Shown: positions 37,700-50,230 of the stretch, one piece after another
Position numbering within the stretch: the first letter of the stretch is position 1
How the letters are laid out: every line of letters begins with the position of its first letter
From: Camelus dromedarius
Lineage: Eukaryota
NCBI RefSeq assembly: GCF_036321535.1
Contig: NC_087437.1
Span: forward strand, 68,822,001 to 68,886,000
Direction: 5' to 3'
DNA length: 64,000 nt
Notes under the pieces: generated by a model
The model's input: only the letters and a program-made list of their open reading frames with translations
Databases searched by the model: none
Told to the model about the DNA's origin: nothing
Position numbers and translations under genes: made by a program

Positions 37700-38430
37700 G
37701 CATGGTTTTTGATAAGTTATGTTTTCTTAGGTATTTTACATTTTTTCCACGTTATCAAATTGTCAGAATGTCTTTGTGTGAGTAAGTTTATATAATGTCT
37801 ATGTGCTCTGTAGTGATGTCATTTTCATCATTTGATAGGTATGTAAATATGATTCTTTTCAAAGAAACAACTAGTGGCTTTGTTGAACCCCTTTATTATG
37901 TATCTGTTTTCTATTTTTTATTAAACTTTTGGTTCTTTATTGCCTTCTATTTATCTGAGTTTGTTATTTTTAAATAACTCTTTGAGATAGATAGGTAGAT
38001 AATTAGTATTTACTTTTTCTATGTTTCTAGTGATTGGACTTAAGTTTATATACTTCTCTCTGAGCAGAGCTGTAGCTGTATTTTACAAGTTTTGATGTGT
38101 TATACTTTCATTATTTTTTAGTCTAAAATGTTCTCTAAATCCCACTGTAATTTTTTTGATCAGTGAGTAATTTAGAAATGCAGTGATAAATATCCAAACA
38201 TTATAGGGGTTTTCTAGTTATCTTTTTGTTAATTTGTAGCTTAAGTTCACTATAATCAGAGACAATACTCTGAGTTCAATAATTTGATATTTTTTAATGA
38301 CGATTTGCTTTATAGCCCAGGATATGGCCAATGGTTAACATCCCATATACATATGAAAAGAATACATTCTACAGTTGTTTGATACAGTAGTCTATATGTA
38401 TCAATTAGATCAAGTTTGTTAACTGAGGTA
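37700..38430 (-). mobile_element. Old L1M ORF2 relic (continuation)
   Basis: TTTTCAAAGAAACAACTAGTGGCTTTGTTGA...TTTACAAGTTTTGATGTGTTATACTTTCATT...TATATGTATCAATTAGATCAAGTTTGTTAA. Confidence 0.7.
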
Positions 38431-40989
38431 ACAGACAAAATAGTGTTAGAAAGTAGTAGGTATATCACATCAGATATATAGCAACACCACTTGTTTCGTA
38501 CATCTTTGTAACATATAAATCTAACTTTTGTAGAAAACTTAAAAAATTCTAGGCTTGCTATGAGAATTTGGCAAAGTAGTACTAAGGTAGTAACTTTAAT
38601 ATTGTATGCAAATTAACTTAGATTCTAGGAGGCCCAAGCAAAGTGAACAGATATCTTTTTTTTTAAGTCTCCACACCATCTTTCATTCTGTTTTTCCCCC
38701 TACTCCCATAGTTACCAAGAACTATTTTTTTTTAAGTATAAATATCAGGCTGACTAGTATAACAACCAATTATAATGGTTCTATCCCCTGCCCTCTTGAG
38801 GTTTACCACACAAATAGCACGTTCTAAGTAGTCTTACATTTTATGTAGGTGAAGGTTTAAATGTAATTTGGATGTAAAAACCAAAGTACATTGTTACTTA
38901 CTGGTATATGAAGTGCTATTAGTGCTATTAAAAAAATAGAAATAAAAAGGATAAACATGAGAAATAAAAAGGATAAATATGAAGTAACATTAATACCATG
39001 AGATAAAGTTTGGAGGTAAGAAAGGGAGGGAGCTGAATATACTTGAAGGAAAATGAATGAAGTAAGTTAGCTTAAAACTGAGTTAGAAGTCTGGAGAATC
39101 CAGGGCAACCTCAGTTGTCACTAACTTCCAGGAGGAAGATAACGGGGATGGAAAAATATAAATAAAGACACAGTAAGCGAGAATGATATGTAAGGGCTGG
39201 GCTGCAAGAGGGAGTCAGACTCATGAGTCAGCAAAAGAAGGAAAAAGATAGAAAAGATTGCTAAGATTTGACTGATCAGTAAGTACTACTTAAGCCTGTG
39301 ATTTTCTGAATAATGGCTAAATTTAAGGAAAATTGTATAGAAAGGAGCAGAAGAATTTACCTTTCTTCTCAGGTTGTGTCCTACTTTGTTTTCAGTCTAT
39401 TGATCTTTCACCTGAGGAACTCGTAGCAAATTCCTTTTGAAAACACACACAGTGTGCAAAAGTGTGCTACAGTCAGAAAGGAGGAGAGTGTGTATGGTTT
39501 ATCTATGCCCCTAACAGTGTTCAAAATTCAACTACAAGACCAGGAGAACAATTTATGACTTTAAAAACTCAAACAGCTGGAAGAGACAGCATGAATGTGT
39601 CATCACATCCTGAGCTTCTAATTAATGAGTGATTCAGGTATTTCAGTAATAAAAGATGGTGTTTCCAAGGGTGGTTCTAAGAGAAATGATTTTTTAATAG
39701 AAACATGAAATTTCAGCCCTGTAATATTTAAATAATCTCTTGACTTTCCATTTCTATATACTTATGATTGCACCCTCTCTATTCATACACTGTAATCAGT
39801 AATTTGGCAGATGGAGTTTTTTAGCCCTGAAGATAAGTTTCTGTGATGGAATTTTGAGGTATGTGTTGTGGGGATGGGTGTATATGTGCACATTTGTGCT
39901 CTTTCCCATCCAACTTGGGAGCTATAGCTGTGGCATTTTCATTTTCTTGTTTCACAAAGCTGTCATTATGCAGGCAAAAGGCTGATGACTTTTATGCTAT
40001 TATTGTTTTCAATTAATTAGAAAAATCCCCCCTCCTTTGTCCATTGCAGTGTTTCTCTCTTATTCCCTGGAGATTAATGGGGACAGATCAGCAAACACAG
40101 ATGATTCTGCAGCAGGGATGCCAGATTCATTTTCAGGACTCAGTTTTGAGCCAGCGTATTGGTTCTACCTGCTGCTTGGTGTTATAGTTATTATTGAATT
40201 TAGCAGATGGAGGGGGAGAGTTTTAGACTTGGGAACACAGATGGAGAGCAGACTTCAGAGAGGATTATTCTAGAGTTTAGAGAAAGGTTGTTTCACTCTG
40301 AAACAAATCCTTAGAACTAGAGTGATTAAGTCTCTACGCCTAGACATAGAAAGAGTGCACACAATTAAAAACACGCAACCATCCAAGAAACATGTTCAGA
40401 CCAGTGATTTCGTGTTATCAACAAAAATTCATCAAACCTAACAAACTGAAGGCTAGCTTTTTTTTAGCCTTTTTTAAAATTCTTTTTTTAAAAACCTTCC
40501 TTTAGCAGTAATGATACAAATAAGAAAAGATTTTAATTTGCATAACTTATGGAGGTTTAGAGGAGCAATGTAACATGGGAAAATATTGGATGCTTCTTAA
40601 ACGTTGCATAGGTTGGTATTACAACTGTTTATAATATGGCCAAAAGTCCAGCAGGTTCATAAACCTTATCTTCTAGAAGATGATTCACCTTAATCAGACT
40701 CAGAATGAGATATAAAGCCAGAATGCCAATTTAACTAATTTCCTCTGAAAAATGTAGATGTATCGTAAGAATTGAAATATTTAAGCAATCTCTATGTATG
40801 GAGAACAATGTGAAAAAACAAATTATAATCAGATTGTAACAAGTACAGAATTCTTTTCTACACAGAGAAGTTTTGTCCCTGGGAAGAATATCTTGGAAAT
40901 TTGCGGAGTAAACCCCATAGTTATTTCCACAATAAAGATGCCCTTGCTGATTATCTGGACTGTTAAAATCCCTTCTAAGTGGGGAACAG

Positions 40990-41240
40990 AGCAGCTACGT
41001 AACTAGCTGATTCTGGAGCCAGGCTGCCTAGATTCGAGTCTCGCTCTGCTATTTACTAGCTGTGTGTCCCTGGGCAAGTTATTTAACCTATCTGTCCCTT
41101 AGTTATAGTTATTTCATTTATAAAGTGAGATTAATAATAGTACCTATATAATCAGTTTATTATAAATATTAAATGAGTTAATGTTTTCCTGAAAAAGGCT
41201 AGAATAGATCCTGTAAATAAACATTATGTGTGTGTTAAAT
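40990..41240 (+). mobile_element. MIR SINE
   Basis: TCTGGAGCCAGGCTGCCTAGATTCGAGTCTCGCTCTGCTATTTACTAGCTGTGTGTCCCTGGGCAAGTTATTTAACCT. Confidence 0.9.
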
Positions 41241-41339
41241 ATATGTGTTATCTACATATATCTATATATGATATATATGTGTATATATAATGTACTCTAA
41301 GGAGTAATATTATACAATTATTTCCTGCATTCAAGATTT

Positions 41340-41542
41340 AAAGCTTTGCTCCATCATTTTATTGTATAAGACTTGGAGAAGATCTTCTCCCTAGCCCAGC
41401 TGTCATATCTCTAAATGAGAATACGAGCAAGAGTGTCTACCTCAGAGGACTGGTTTGAAGGTTAAATCATTTATGCATGTGAAGCACTAAGAAAGTGCCT
41501 GGCACATAGCAGCTGTCCAATACATATAAGTAATTATTATTG
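41340..41542 (+). mobile_element. MIR SINE
   Basis: CTACCTCAGAGGACTGGTTTGAAGGTTAAAT...ATGTGAAGCACTAAGAAAGTGCCTGGCACATAG. Confidence 0.7.
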
Positions 41543-41724
41543 TGTTCCTCCTGGACACTGAGTAATACTATAGCAATTTAGTTTCCTTTCCTATGTCAAA
41601 ATTTTCAGAGGGTACCCACCAATCTCATCCAATTCTTTTACTCTCTCAGTAGATATCTTATAGACCTTGAAGACACTTGGACTGCAGATTTTTCCTCTTT
41701 CATTGCTTGTTCATGTGTTTTGGT

Positions 41725-42360
41725 TGCTAACATTTATAGAGCTTTATCTGTGTGTGTGTATGCCCCTATATTAAAGTTTCTACATCCATCATTTCATGTT
41801 TCTTTCTTTTTTTATTGAAATATAGTCAGTTTACAATGTTGTGTTAGTTTCTGGTGTACAGCGTAGTGTTTCAGTTATACATATATATTCCTCTTCAAAT
41901 TATTTTTCACTATAGGTTATTATAAGATATTGACTATAGTTCACTATGCTATACAATAGAACCTTGTTGTGTATCTATTTTATATATAGTAGTTAGTATC
42001 TGCAAATCCCAAACTTCCAATTTCTCCCTCCACCCCCCACTCCCCGCTGGTAATCATAAGTTTGTTTTCTATGTCTGTGAGTCTATTTCTGTTTTGTAAA
42101 TAAGTTCATTTGTGTCATTTTTTTAGATTCCACATAGAAGTGATATGGTATTTTTCTTTCTCTTTCTGGCTTATTTCTCTTAGTATGTCATTTCATTTCA
42201 TCAGCACACATCTCTGTAATATAGGTACTTCCTTATACTTCACTGATAAAAAATTTAAGGATTGAAAGAGACAAGTAATTTGGCCACACTCTACCAGCAG
42301 AATTCAAGCTCAAGGCTTTTAGACCCAGTGTCTTTGTTCTTACCTCCCACACTATGGCAG
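41725..42360 (-). mobile_element. MIR SINE split by a young L1 3' end
   Basis: GCTAACATTTATAGAGCTTTA...CATCATTTCAT [L1] TTCATCAGCACAC...ATAGGTACT...AAGTAATTTGGCCA...TGTTCTTACCTCCCACACTATG. Confidence 0.65.
41798..42187 (-). mobile_element. Short 5'-truncated lineage-specific L1 3' end (camelid-like)
   Basis: TTTTATTGAAATATAGTCAGTTTACAATGTTGTGTTAGTTTCTGGTGTACAG...TTTTAGATTCCACATA; flanking direct repeat TCATTTCAT at 41789-41797 and 42188-42196 (TSD). Confidence 0.9.
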
Positions 42361-43179
42361 GAAGCCTCACAGTATCACCTCTGTACTGACGATTGATACT
42401 AACATGCAGTAAAAATTAATATGTAATTAATGTGGAAGTATTAGAGACCATAGTAATGCATATGAATCAAAAATTGCAGATAAAATAAACTTCAACAGTA
42501 AAGCAAGGTGTGGTTCAAGTAAAGATAAAATCCATATTGCAAAGTAATTTAAAGTTCCAGTATTGCTTTATAGCATTATGTTTCAATCTAAGATATAAAC
42601 TGGCACAGATAATCAAAATATGGCCAATTCATGAAAAAAGGATACCATTCACAGCAAACTTACAGAGCCTTATAAACAATAAACATAAATCATTTTTTTA
42701 AGCAGGAAGCAATTATACTTTAGTACCAAAGACAGTTTTAATTTAATACAGAAAGCAAAAGTATCTTGTATTATTGCAGGCTTTAGTCTATTCATTTGAA
42801 TTCAGTTCAATTTGATTTGATTTGATTCAACTGTATTTGATTCAATTCAAGTGCATATATATTTATGGACTGCTATTACCTGTGAGGCATTGTGCATGGG
42901 CCAAACTTAATTAGTTTTTATTTTATACGTGTTAGGGTAAGGCCCATGTAAAAGGAAAGAATGAATTCTTTTTTAATTTTATTTTTTGGTTTTATTTTAT
43001 AAGAAATGTTCAAAGTTCTAATCACACACTGTTTTGAAATTTAAAATATAAAACCTTTTTAAATAAAAATAATTTGTAAACATGCTTCTGTTTTATGTCA
43101 TCAGCTCTTAAAGGACAAAGCAGACAAGCATGAGGAAAGGAGGTGAAGAGCCATGGGGTGAGGCACTTGTTCCTGCGAC

Positions 43180-43370
43180 CAGTGCTGGGCTAGTGACTGG
43201 CTTTCCCTGGTGAAAAAAATGTCCCTGATTCGTGAGGTTTGCAGATTTCCCTCCACCACGGCCAGATGCAATCAACTAATGCTTTAATAAGCAACTTGTG
43301 AAGTACCTAAATATTTAACAGGTGACTTTCAGGAGCCATTTCAAGTAAGAGAAGGTTCCAGCACACCATT
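43180..43370 (-). mobile_element. MER63A-like (hAT-Blackjack) MITE
   Basis: CAGTGCTGGGCTAG...CCCTGATTCGTGAGGTTTGCAGATTTCC...AAATATTTAACAGG...GGTTCCAGCACACCATT; degenerate TIRs. Confidence 0.7.
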
Positions 43371-43599
43371 ACTGCAACCGTATGTGTTCCCCTGGTGGAG
43401 GTAGATTTGGCCATTATTGTATATCTTCTCTATTAGACTGTAAAATGTGGAGAGAAGAATGTATTTTCTTATATCTGTGAGCTCAGATCTTGTTGGAAAT
43501 TTAACTTAAAACCCTGAGGGAAAAAAAAGGTTAATTTAGGTTATAGCCTGATCACGCCACCCAGCTTTACAAAGTACTATGGTTCATATCAAAAGGAAT

Positions 43600-44700
43600 G
43601 ATCACCATTCTTTAAAGAATAAGACATTTTAACGGTTATCAAATAGAAAGGACTTTATTAGCATCTGAATATGTGGCTGTCAGCTGCACAGTTTAGAACT
43701 GGAAAAAAAAAAAAAAGAAAAGAAACTTGGCAGTTTTTCTTCTGTTTTGCGGAGCAAATTTGGTGAAATGTTGAGCCCGTCCTCGAAAAAATTGTGTAAG
43801 TAGAGCATTTATAATGCTGCCTGTATTTGCCACCTTAGCAGTACTCTTGTCCACGTCACATCCCACAGTGAACACCTGTAAAACAAGGCTTAAATTTTAC
43901 TTTATTAATGCCTTTTTGTGTGTGCATGTAGCTGGAGGCAAAAGGGTTTTTACTTTGAATCAGAGATAGATCAATTACGCTCCCACCTGCTGGTGGAACC
44001 GTGCTACATGAAGTACCCATTAGGCGGAGAGAGCTCCTCCCCACTTAGGCCCTCGCTTCCCCCGTGTTAAGATCAGTATCCGCGGGGGCATCTGATCAGT
44101 GCCCACGTGCAGGTCATATTCCAAACTAATCTCGACCCTCCCATTGGCCACACTTGGCCAGATGCAAGAACAATTTCATCCCCGCTTGCTTAAAAACAGG
44201 GTTTCGAAAATTACCAGTAGCTGCTACAATAAGAAATAATGCAGTACTTTATCCCTATTGAGCTCTAAAATGCTACTCAGCCATCACAAAATTTATGGAA
44301 GATGAACAGAAGGAAAGGGGAACTTGACAGAAACTAAACAGAAGAAGCAAAAAGGGCTGAATCCTGCAGCTATCACTGTTAGGGGGATAACCAAAGAGAG
44401 CAAGTTTCTTTTCAATCCAGGCAATGGGGCTAATGGCTTAACACTACAGACGCTCAGCCCATGGATGAGAATCAAGCTGACTCATAAAATACATTCTGTT
44501 CAGCTTGCAGTCCTGTGGTTTCTCAAATGGCCTTCCCTGGCAAGAACGGAGGCTGGGGAGAGACGCCACATGTAAACACTGGGCGGGGCCAACTGAAGAA
44601 GCCTGCGTGTGAGCAGCTGCAAACAATCCGTTTTAATTCCAAGTCAGTATTTAAGGACACCGGGGTGTGCTCGTTTCAGAGGTGGAAGGGGAGGCTGAAG
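43600..44700 (+). promoter_or_regulatory. CpG-enriched unique region; candidate promoter/first exon (donor at 43795/96) or enhancer
   Basis: Repeat-free, CpG density well above background; TTTATTA (43654-60), TGTCAGCTG, Inr-like TCAGCT/CAGTT, donor TGT|GTAAGT; CACGTG, CACCTG and CAGATG E-boxes, ATTGG, GGGCGGGG (44581). Confidence 0.5.
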
Positions 44701-45589
44701 TGAAAGAGGAGTTGGACTTGGCAGGCCTGTATTTTCCTATGGATTGTGCTCAGTTCTTCTAATCATAGTTATTATGAGTATTTCTTTCCAATTTATTACT
44801 CGTGGCACTTTGTGCTCTCCTGTTCTCCCCACCATCTGCTAGTGGAGAGCATGGAAACTAGTTTTTGTCCTACAAATAATAAGGTGGAGAGGTGATGACT
44901 CTTAAGCTGTATAAACACATGCACGCAAATCCCCGTGGCTTTCTGCCCAGCCGGGCTGGAAAATTGTGGACATTTGACGAAGGTTAGAATTATCAGAAGT
45001 GTGCAAAGATGCCAGGACCTTGGTCGTAATCATATAATTTTCCAAATACAAATATCTGAGTGTATCATGAAGTTATCTTCAGCTTTGTGGCCTTGGGCGT
45101 TTGCCTCCATTCTCTGGACCTCAGTTTCTCCTTCAGCAAACCAGGAATAATTATGAAGGCCCTTTCCAGGTATGCCCTTGTTATTTTTATAGTTTGTTTT
45201 TGTTGGCAGATCATCTTGGTAATGCTTCAAGTGGGGATGTAGTACAGGCCTAGAAAACAAAAGGATATTTGATTATTTAAATTCAATTTCAACCATTTTC
45301 CTGCAGCCTCTATCTTGTGTGTCAACCCGCTAATTCTGGGGCACCTTTTCTTGTTCCATCCTGTAGTTCTCTGCCCATAATCTAGTCTTTCTGATCCCTC
45401 CCAGTCTTAATTTCTGGAAATGTGTGTGTGTTTTCAATTGGGGTACAGAGTAACCATAATTAAATTGATGTGGTGGAGGCCACTTCTGTTTGTCTTCTAT
45501 TTCCTGAAAACTCTGTTCTAGCTGAGATATTGAAGTACAGTTGTAATATGGATGAGTTTTTAAAGCTTTAGAAAAAGTTTCCCCAATGT

Positions 45590-45925
45590 GAAGATATTAG
45601 CTCTGGTATCCTGGCCAAAGTCCAAATGAGTAATTACATTCTTCCCTGGTAAATCTTTCCTGTAGTTTTAATTGGAGATGACATTCTTTATTTCTTTACC
45701 TCAACTGGTATCTGTTATTTCTGAGCAACTGTTAAAACTTTGCTGCATTTCACTCCAGTGGAGAATTCTTTGCAGTAGGTATCCTAGTATTAAATGGGCC
45801 TCTTTAAATGCACCCTGTTTGCAGTTTATGTGTGGGCGTGAGCAGGTGTGAGTAGAGACTTAAATACAATGATTTATAAAGTGCCTTTGGATCCTGGATG
45901 GAAAGGGCAATTTAGACCTAGGTTA
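45590..45925 (+). mobile_element. AmnSINE1 (DeuSINE) relic: Deu domain and 3' tail
   Basis: GGTATCCTGGCCAAAGTCCAAATGAGTAATTACATTCT...AAATCTTTCCTGTAGTTTTAATTGGA...CTGTTAAAACTTTGCTGCATTTCACTCCAG is colinear with the remembered AmnSINE1 Deu domain (GTCCTGGCCAAATTCCAACTCGGGTAATTACATTCTG...GCAGTTTCAATTGGA...CTGTTAAACAGCTGCCGCGTTCCACCCCAG); tail TTTATAAAGTGCCTTTGGATCCTGGATGGAAAGG resembles TTTGTAAAGCGCTTTGGGATCC...GGATGAAAGG. Confidence 0.85.
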
Positions 45926-48900
45926 TCAGCATTATGTGAAAAACATGCTTCTGTAAACCGGTTACTAATTACACAATTACCTTTAGTGGCACAAGTTAAA
46001 AAATGATGTGATGCTTTTCAGCAAATTCTAGTTTTAAGTAAATAATTCTTGGTGACAAGTGATTAATTGTATTAAGTAGTCTTTACTCGATGCAATTTAG
46101 AGTAAGTCATTTTCTAAAAAAACAAAAACAACCCCAGAAAACCTAGAAGAACATGAGAAAGTAATTATAGTCTGTAATAAATTTGTCTCCCTAGAAGGAA
46201 TTTTATACAGAGTAAAGAAAAATACTTGCTTATTATTTTTCCTTTTTAGAAGAACATTCAGGTACTTTAACTATATAAAGAAACAGTGTATAAAGAAAAC
46301 TGTTCCATGCTAATTGGTTCAGATGACATATCTCGCAGTGAACTGATGTTCTCCTGGATCTTATAAACAAGGCTAATCCTGATAGGGGTGATCTGCGGAC
46401 TGATAACTATGTCTAATTTGAACACAGTTGCACCTAAGGAACAAATAAATACATATGCCACTTCTATCATAAAACACTTCTTCCTGGCATGATAAAAACT
46501 AACCTGTAACTCTTCAGTCTGGAGTTCTGAATTTGTGCAGTGGTATTCCAGTTCATAAAGCTACTAATTAGTTCTTATAAGAATCTGACATGTTCTGCAG
46601 AAGTGGGGACACAATGGACACCATGGAGGTTACATTAGACTCTGCTAAGTCAAGGGGACTCAGGGTTGTAATTTTTTTCCTCGCTCTTGATTAATAAGAA
46701 ATACAGGAAATCCAAATCACTAGCTGCTTCTTACCGATGGAAGAGAGGCATATTGGTGCTTATTTTCTTGTACCAAAGAGGCTGGAGTGTATTAAGATGG
46801 GAAACATTTTATTCTGTCTTTAGAACATTTGAATATGCCATGCAAAATCATGGTTCTCTGGCAAAATGAGGTATCTATTCACCTTGTGAGCCCGAATGAC
46901 AATTAGACAACCTAGCGAAATAAAGACAAAATCTTTTTCCTCTGGGGAGGCTGTCACATTCATAGTTTGCCTAGACCAAAAGGGATCCTGTGGCTCTGCC
47001 TACTTTAAAAAAAATAATCTTACCAATCAATACATATCATAAAATAATTAATTGGACTGTAGTAACCAGTATTGATTGTGGTAACAACTGAAATTAATGG
47101 ATCGGTTATATCTCAGCCCAATGTTCTCTTCAGTGGAGGGTCTAATATAATATATCCAGAGCCATGTGAACATTCCTAGTCATTTTATTGTGTTACTAAA
47201 ATTGAAAATATGAGCAGGCAGTGGGGAGGGACAGGGGAGAATATCTTTGGTAGAATTAACTGAACCCCCACTTGGCACCCAGTGAAAATAAATCTGTTTC
47301 CATTATTCATCCTTTGACTTTCTCCAAGATCTGAAGGTACTGAAAGCTCCAGCTGAGTGGCCTAGGCCACAGAAAACATTTTTGTATTTGCATAATATTT
47401 TCAGAGATGCTCAGCTCATCCTGAGCCTGAAGGGATATGGATGTTCTCTGCATATTTTATATTGCTATCATTTTCCACAAAGGCTTGGACTAAATTGCAA
47501 GATGGAAATGGATGTATAGTGGATGTTTGTCACGGGCAGTTAGCAGGTCTTTCTGTGATGAAGAAAGTAGGAAAATCCCAAATGTAACTTGTCTTCTTCG
47601 AGTTACAGTGATCTTGAAAATGATCAGTGTTTGAATTGAAGAAGGGATTTCCTCTTCCTTATATGTGTTCCTTCTAGACTGCTTAAATTATTCTTTATAA
47701 GTATAGATAATTGCATGTAAAGAGACTCTTCACATTTCATAGATAGGTTTATTCCAGATTTTTTAATACTGAGCTTATGGTTACTAGGTCAGTTAATACC
47801 AAGCTTCAAGTTTCCCCTATAGCCTGTTCAAGTCCCATTTGTCCTCATACTACTGACTTGTTTACTTATTCATTCAGCAAACATTTACTCTGTGCCTGGT
47901 AAGTGCCTGGAACTAATGATACCAAGAAAGTAAAGTGTAAACCCTGTTCTCAGTTGTGTTTCTGTCCACATCCTGCTTGGTATCGGTACTTCAGAAAGCC
48001 ATCACTTTGAGAAACAAAGTTTCCTACACAATATAAATGTAATTAAATTAACAATGAGTTGTTTGTGAATTATTTCTGAACTAGGTCAAAGATATAGGAT
48101 TAGGAGGTAATTCAAATTATTTTTCTTTAAAATGAAAAATCAAGATAATCATTTATGGACATTTAATATTCTGTGATATTTGGCTTTGAACTGTTCCTCT
48201 CATATCAGTTCTCCTTAGGAGATTTTATTTCACTTTTCTGCATTTTCTTGCAGATTCACTTTGTTAGACAACCTTCAGTTTCTACTCTTCCCCATTGTAC
48301 AGAGTTGCTCTTGTTGTCTGTTAAACAACAAGCATAGTATGTCTGAAATGTCTCCATTTCAGTTACCAGTAAAGGGACCCTAGTATACAGAACTCAAAAA
48401 GTGTTCCTGAGAACTTTTGGGATATCTGGTGGTGTATTAATTAGGATGAACTGAGAGCATAACTCTACTTGTATAAAACAGTTCACTTCATTCTCCCCTG
48501 ATTTCAAGAAATGAAGTATGAGATTTATATATCAAGTCTTCAAACAGTGACCTCAATACACTGGTTTCTTACATGGGCTGCCTATTCCAGATCAATGTAA
48601 ATTCCTCAACCCCCCAGGCCAGATACTTAAAGTCTCTCTTGATGCCATGTAATCTCTGTAGCCAGCAGTATGGTCTTTGTCCTTCATAGCACTATATCCA
48701 TCTATATATGTTTAGCTTGAAGTGTTGTGTGTTTTTTTTTTAAATTTTCTCTACTTATTTAATTTCTATTTTTTGTAAGATCTAGCTCAAATCTCATGTA
48801 ACTCTTTCCTTAATTTTCTTATTCCACAGTGATCCTTCCCTTGTAATCAGTTCTTTCAGCAGTCTGATCCCATCAACCTAGGAAAAAACTCCTTTATCCT

Positions 48901-48939
48901 GGGGGCTTTGAACTATTCTCTGGTTGCTTTATACTTTAT

Positions 48940-50230
48940 ATACTCTCATTTGTTCATTCATTCATTCATCCATCCAGCCATCCATCCATCAAACATCCAC
49001 TGAATGCCTAGCATGTGCTGGACTTTCTCATAGATTCTGGGAAAGCAGAAGAGAAGAGAAGAAAAAAGAAGAAAAAGAGCCTAGCTTATGCTCTGAAGAA
49101 CTATACAGTCTAATGGGGGGCACAAGAAGTAAATATTCACACCATCCCCCTGCCTCAGCCCACCACTCACCCAAAGGTTAGAAAACAATTCCATCAGTAA
49201 CACTGGCTCTCTGTGGTGAAGATCCTCAGTGATGATATTAGTGGTGGTAGCATTGGTGATATGGTGGGGGCAGTGCTGTTCGTGTACGTTGTGCTCCATC
49301 AGAGGGGCCTAGAAATGAACTGCAAACCATACTCTCTCTTGCCCTATAGTTCTAAACAACTGAAGTTGTAGAATAGTAGGGACATTACCAAGAGCTTCTT
49401 ACTCTGGGGTATATGGATATCTGTGTGGCTTAAAGTAATTCCCCGTATTAGTCTGGCTGGGTGTGGAAGTTGGATGGGGCTTGTTACTAAAGGAGGAGAT
49501 ATACATAAAGAAAAGTATACATTATTAGAGTTACATATGGTTTCCTTTTTACCTCCATTGGAACAAAAGAAAAATGCTACAAGACGTTAATAGAATTCTT
49601 TGGAAACATATAAGAAGCAGCACCCATTTCAACATGGGGGCGTGATGTGACTCACTATTAGTGATCATTTGAGCTGACTCCAGGAGAATGAATAGGAGTT
49701 CACCAAGCATGTGAGAGAAAGGGAGAGAATTAAAGGGGACGTCATTACAAGTGGAAGTATCGTCATGAGTCAAAGCTTGATTGTTGGTGTATGAAGGGAT
49801 TTCAAGTCGTTGCTTATGACTTGACTACAGAATGCAAGTTTAAAAGTGACAGAAGAACCAATTAGGGAAAATTATGAAAAGCCTAAACGTTGTGTAAACA
49901 ATTTAAAGTATTATTTAGAAAGTCATTGAAGAATTTTAAGCATGGGTTGGTCAGCCAAGAGTTTTGGAAAGATCATTCTGGGCAGAGAAACCAGTGAGAT
50001 GCTCTTAAAGTTATCCCATTATTCCCTACTGAGCTGAACTGAGAAAGAAATCTTGGAATAGGGGAAGGGGAGTGGATTTGAAAGATACGTGGTGCTTGGT
50101 GACTTATAGGACATGGGTATGAAGTGAGAAAGTCTGGGGTAATTCTCAGGGGTTCCTCTTGATCCTTAGAGGTTTGTGAGTGGTGCCGCTCAGCAAGGTA
50201 GGAAATTCACAAACATGAGCCTGTCTGGGT
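48940..50230 (-). mobile_element. L2 fragments (3' tail at 48940-49140, body at about 49560-50230)
   Basis: TCATTCATTCATTCATCC...CACTGAATGCCTAGCATGTGCTGG; AGTCATTGAAGAATTTTAAGCATGGG...GTTTTGGAAAGATCATTCTGG. Confidence 0.65.
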
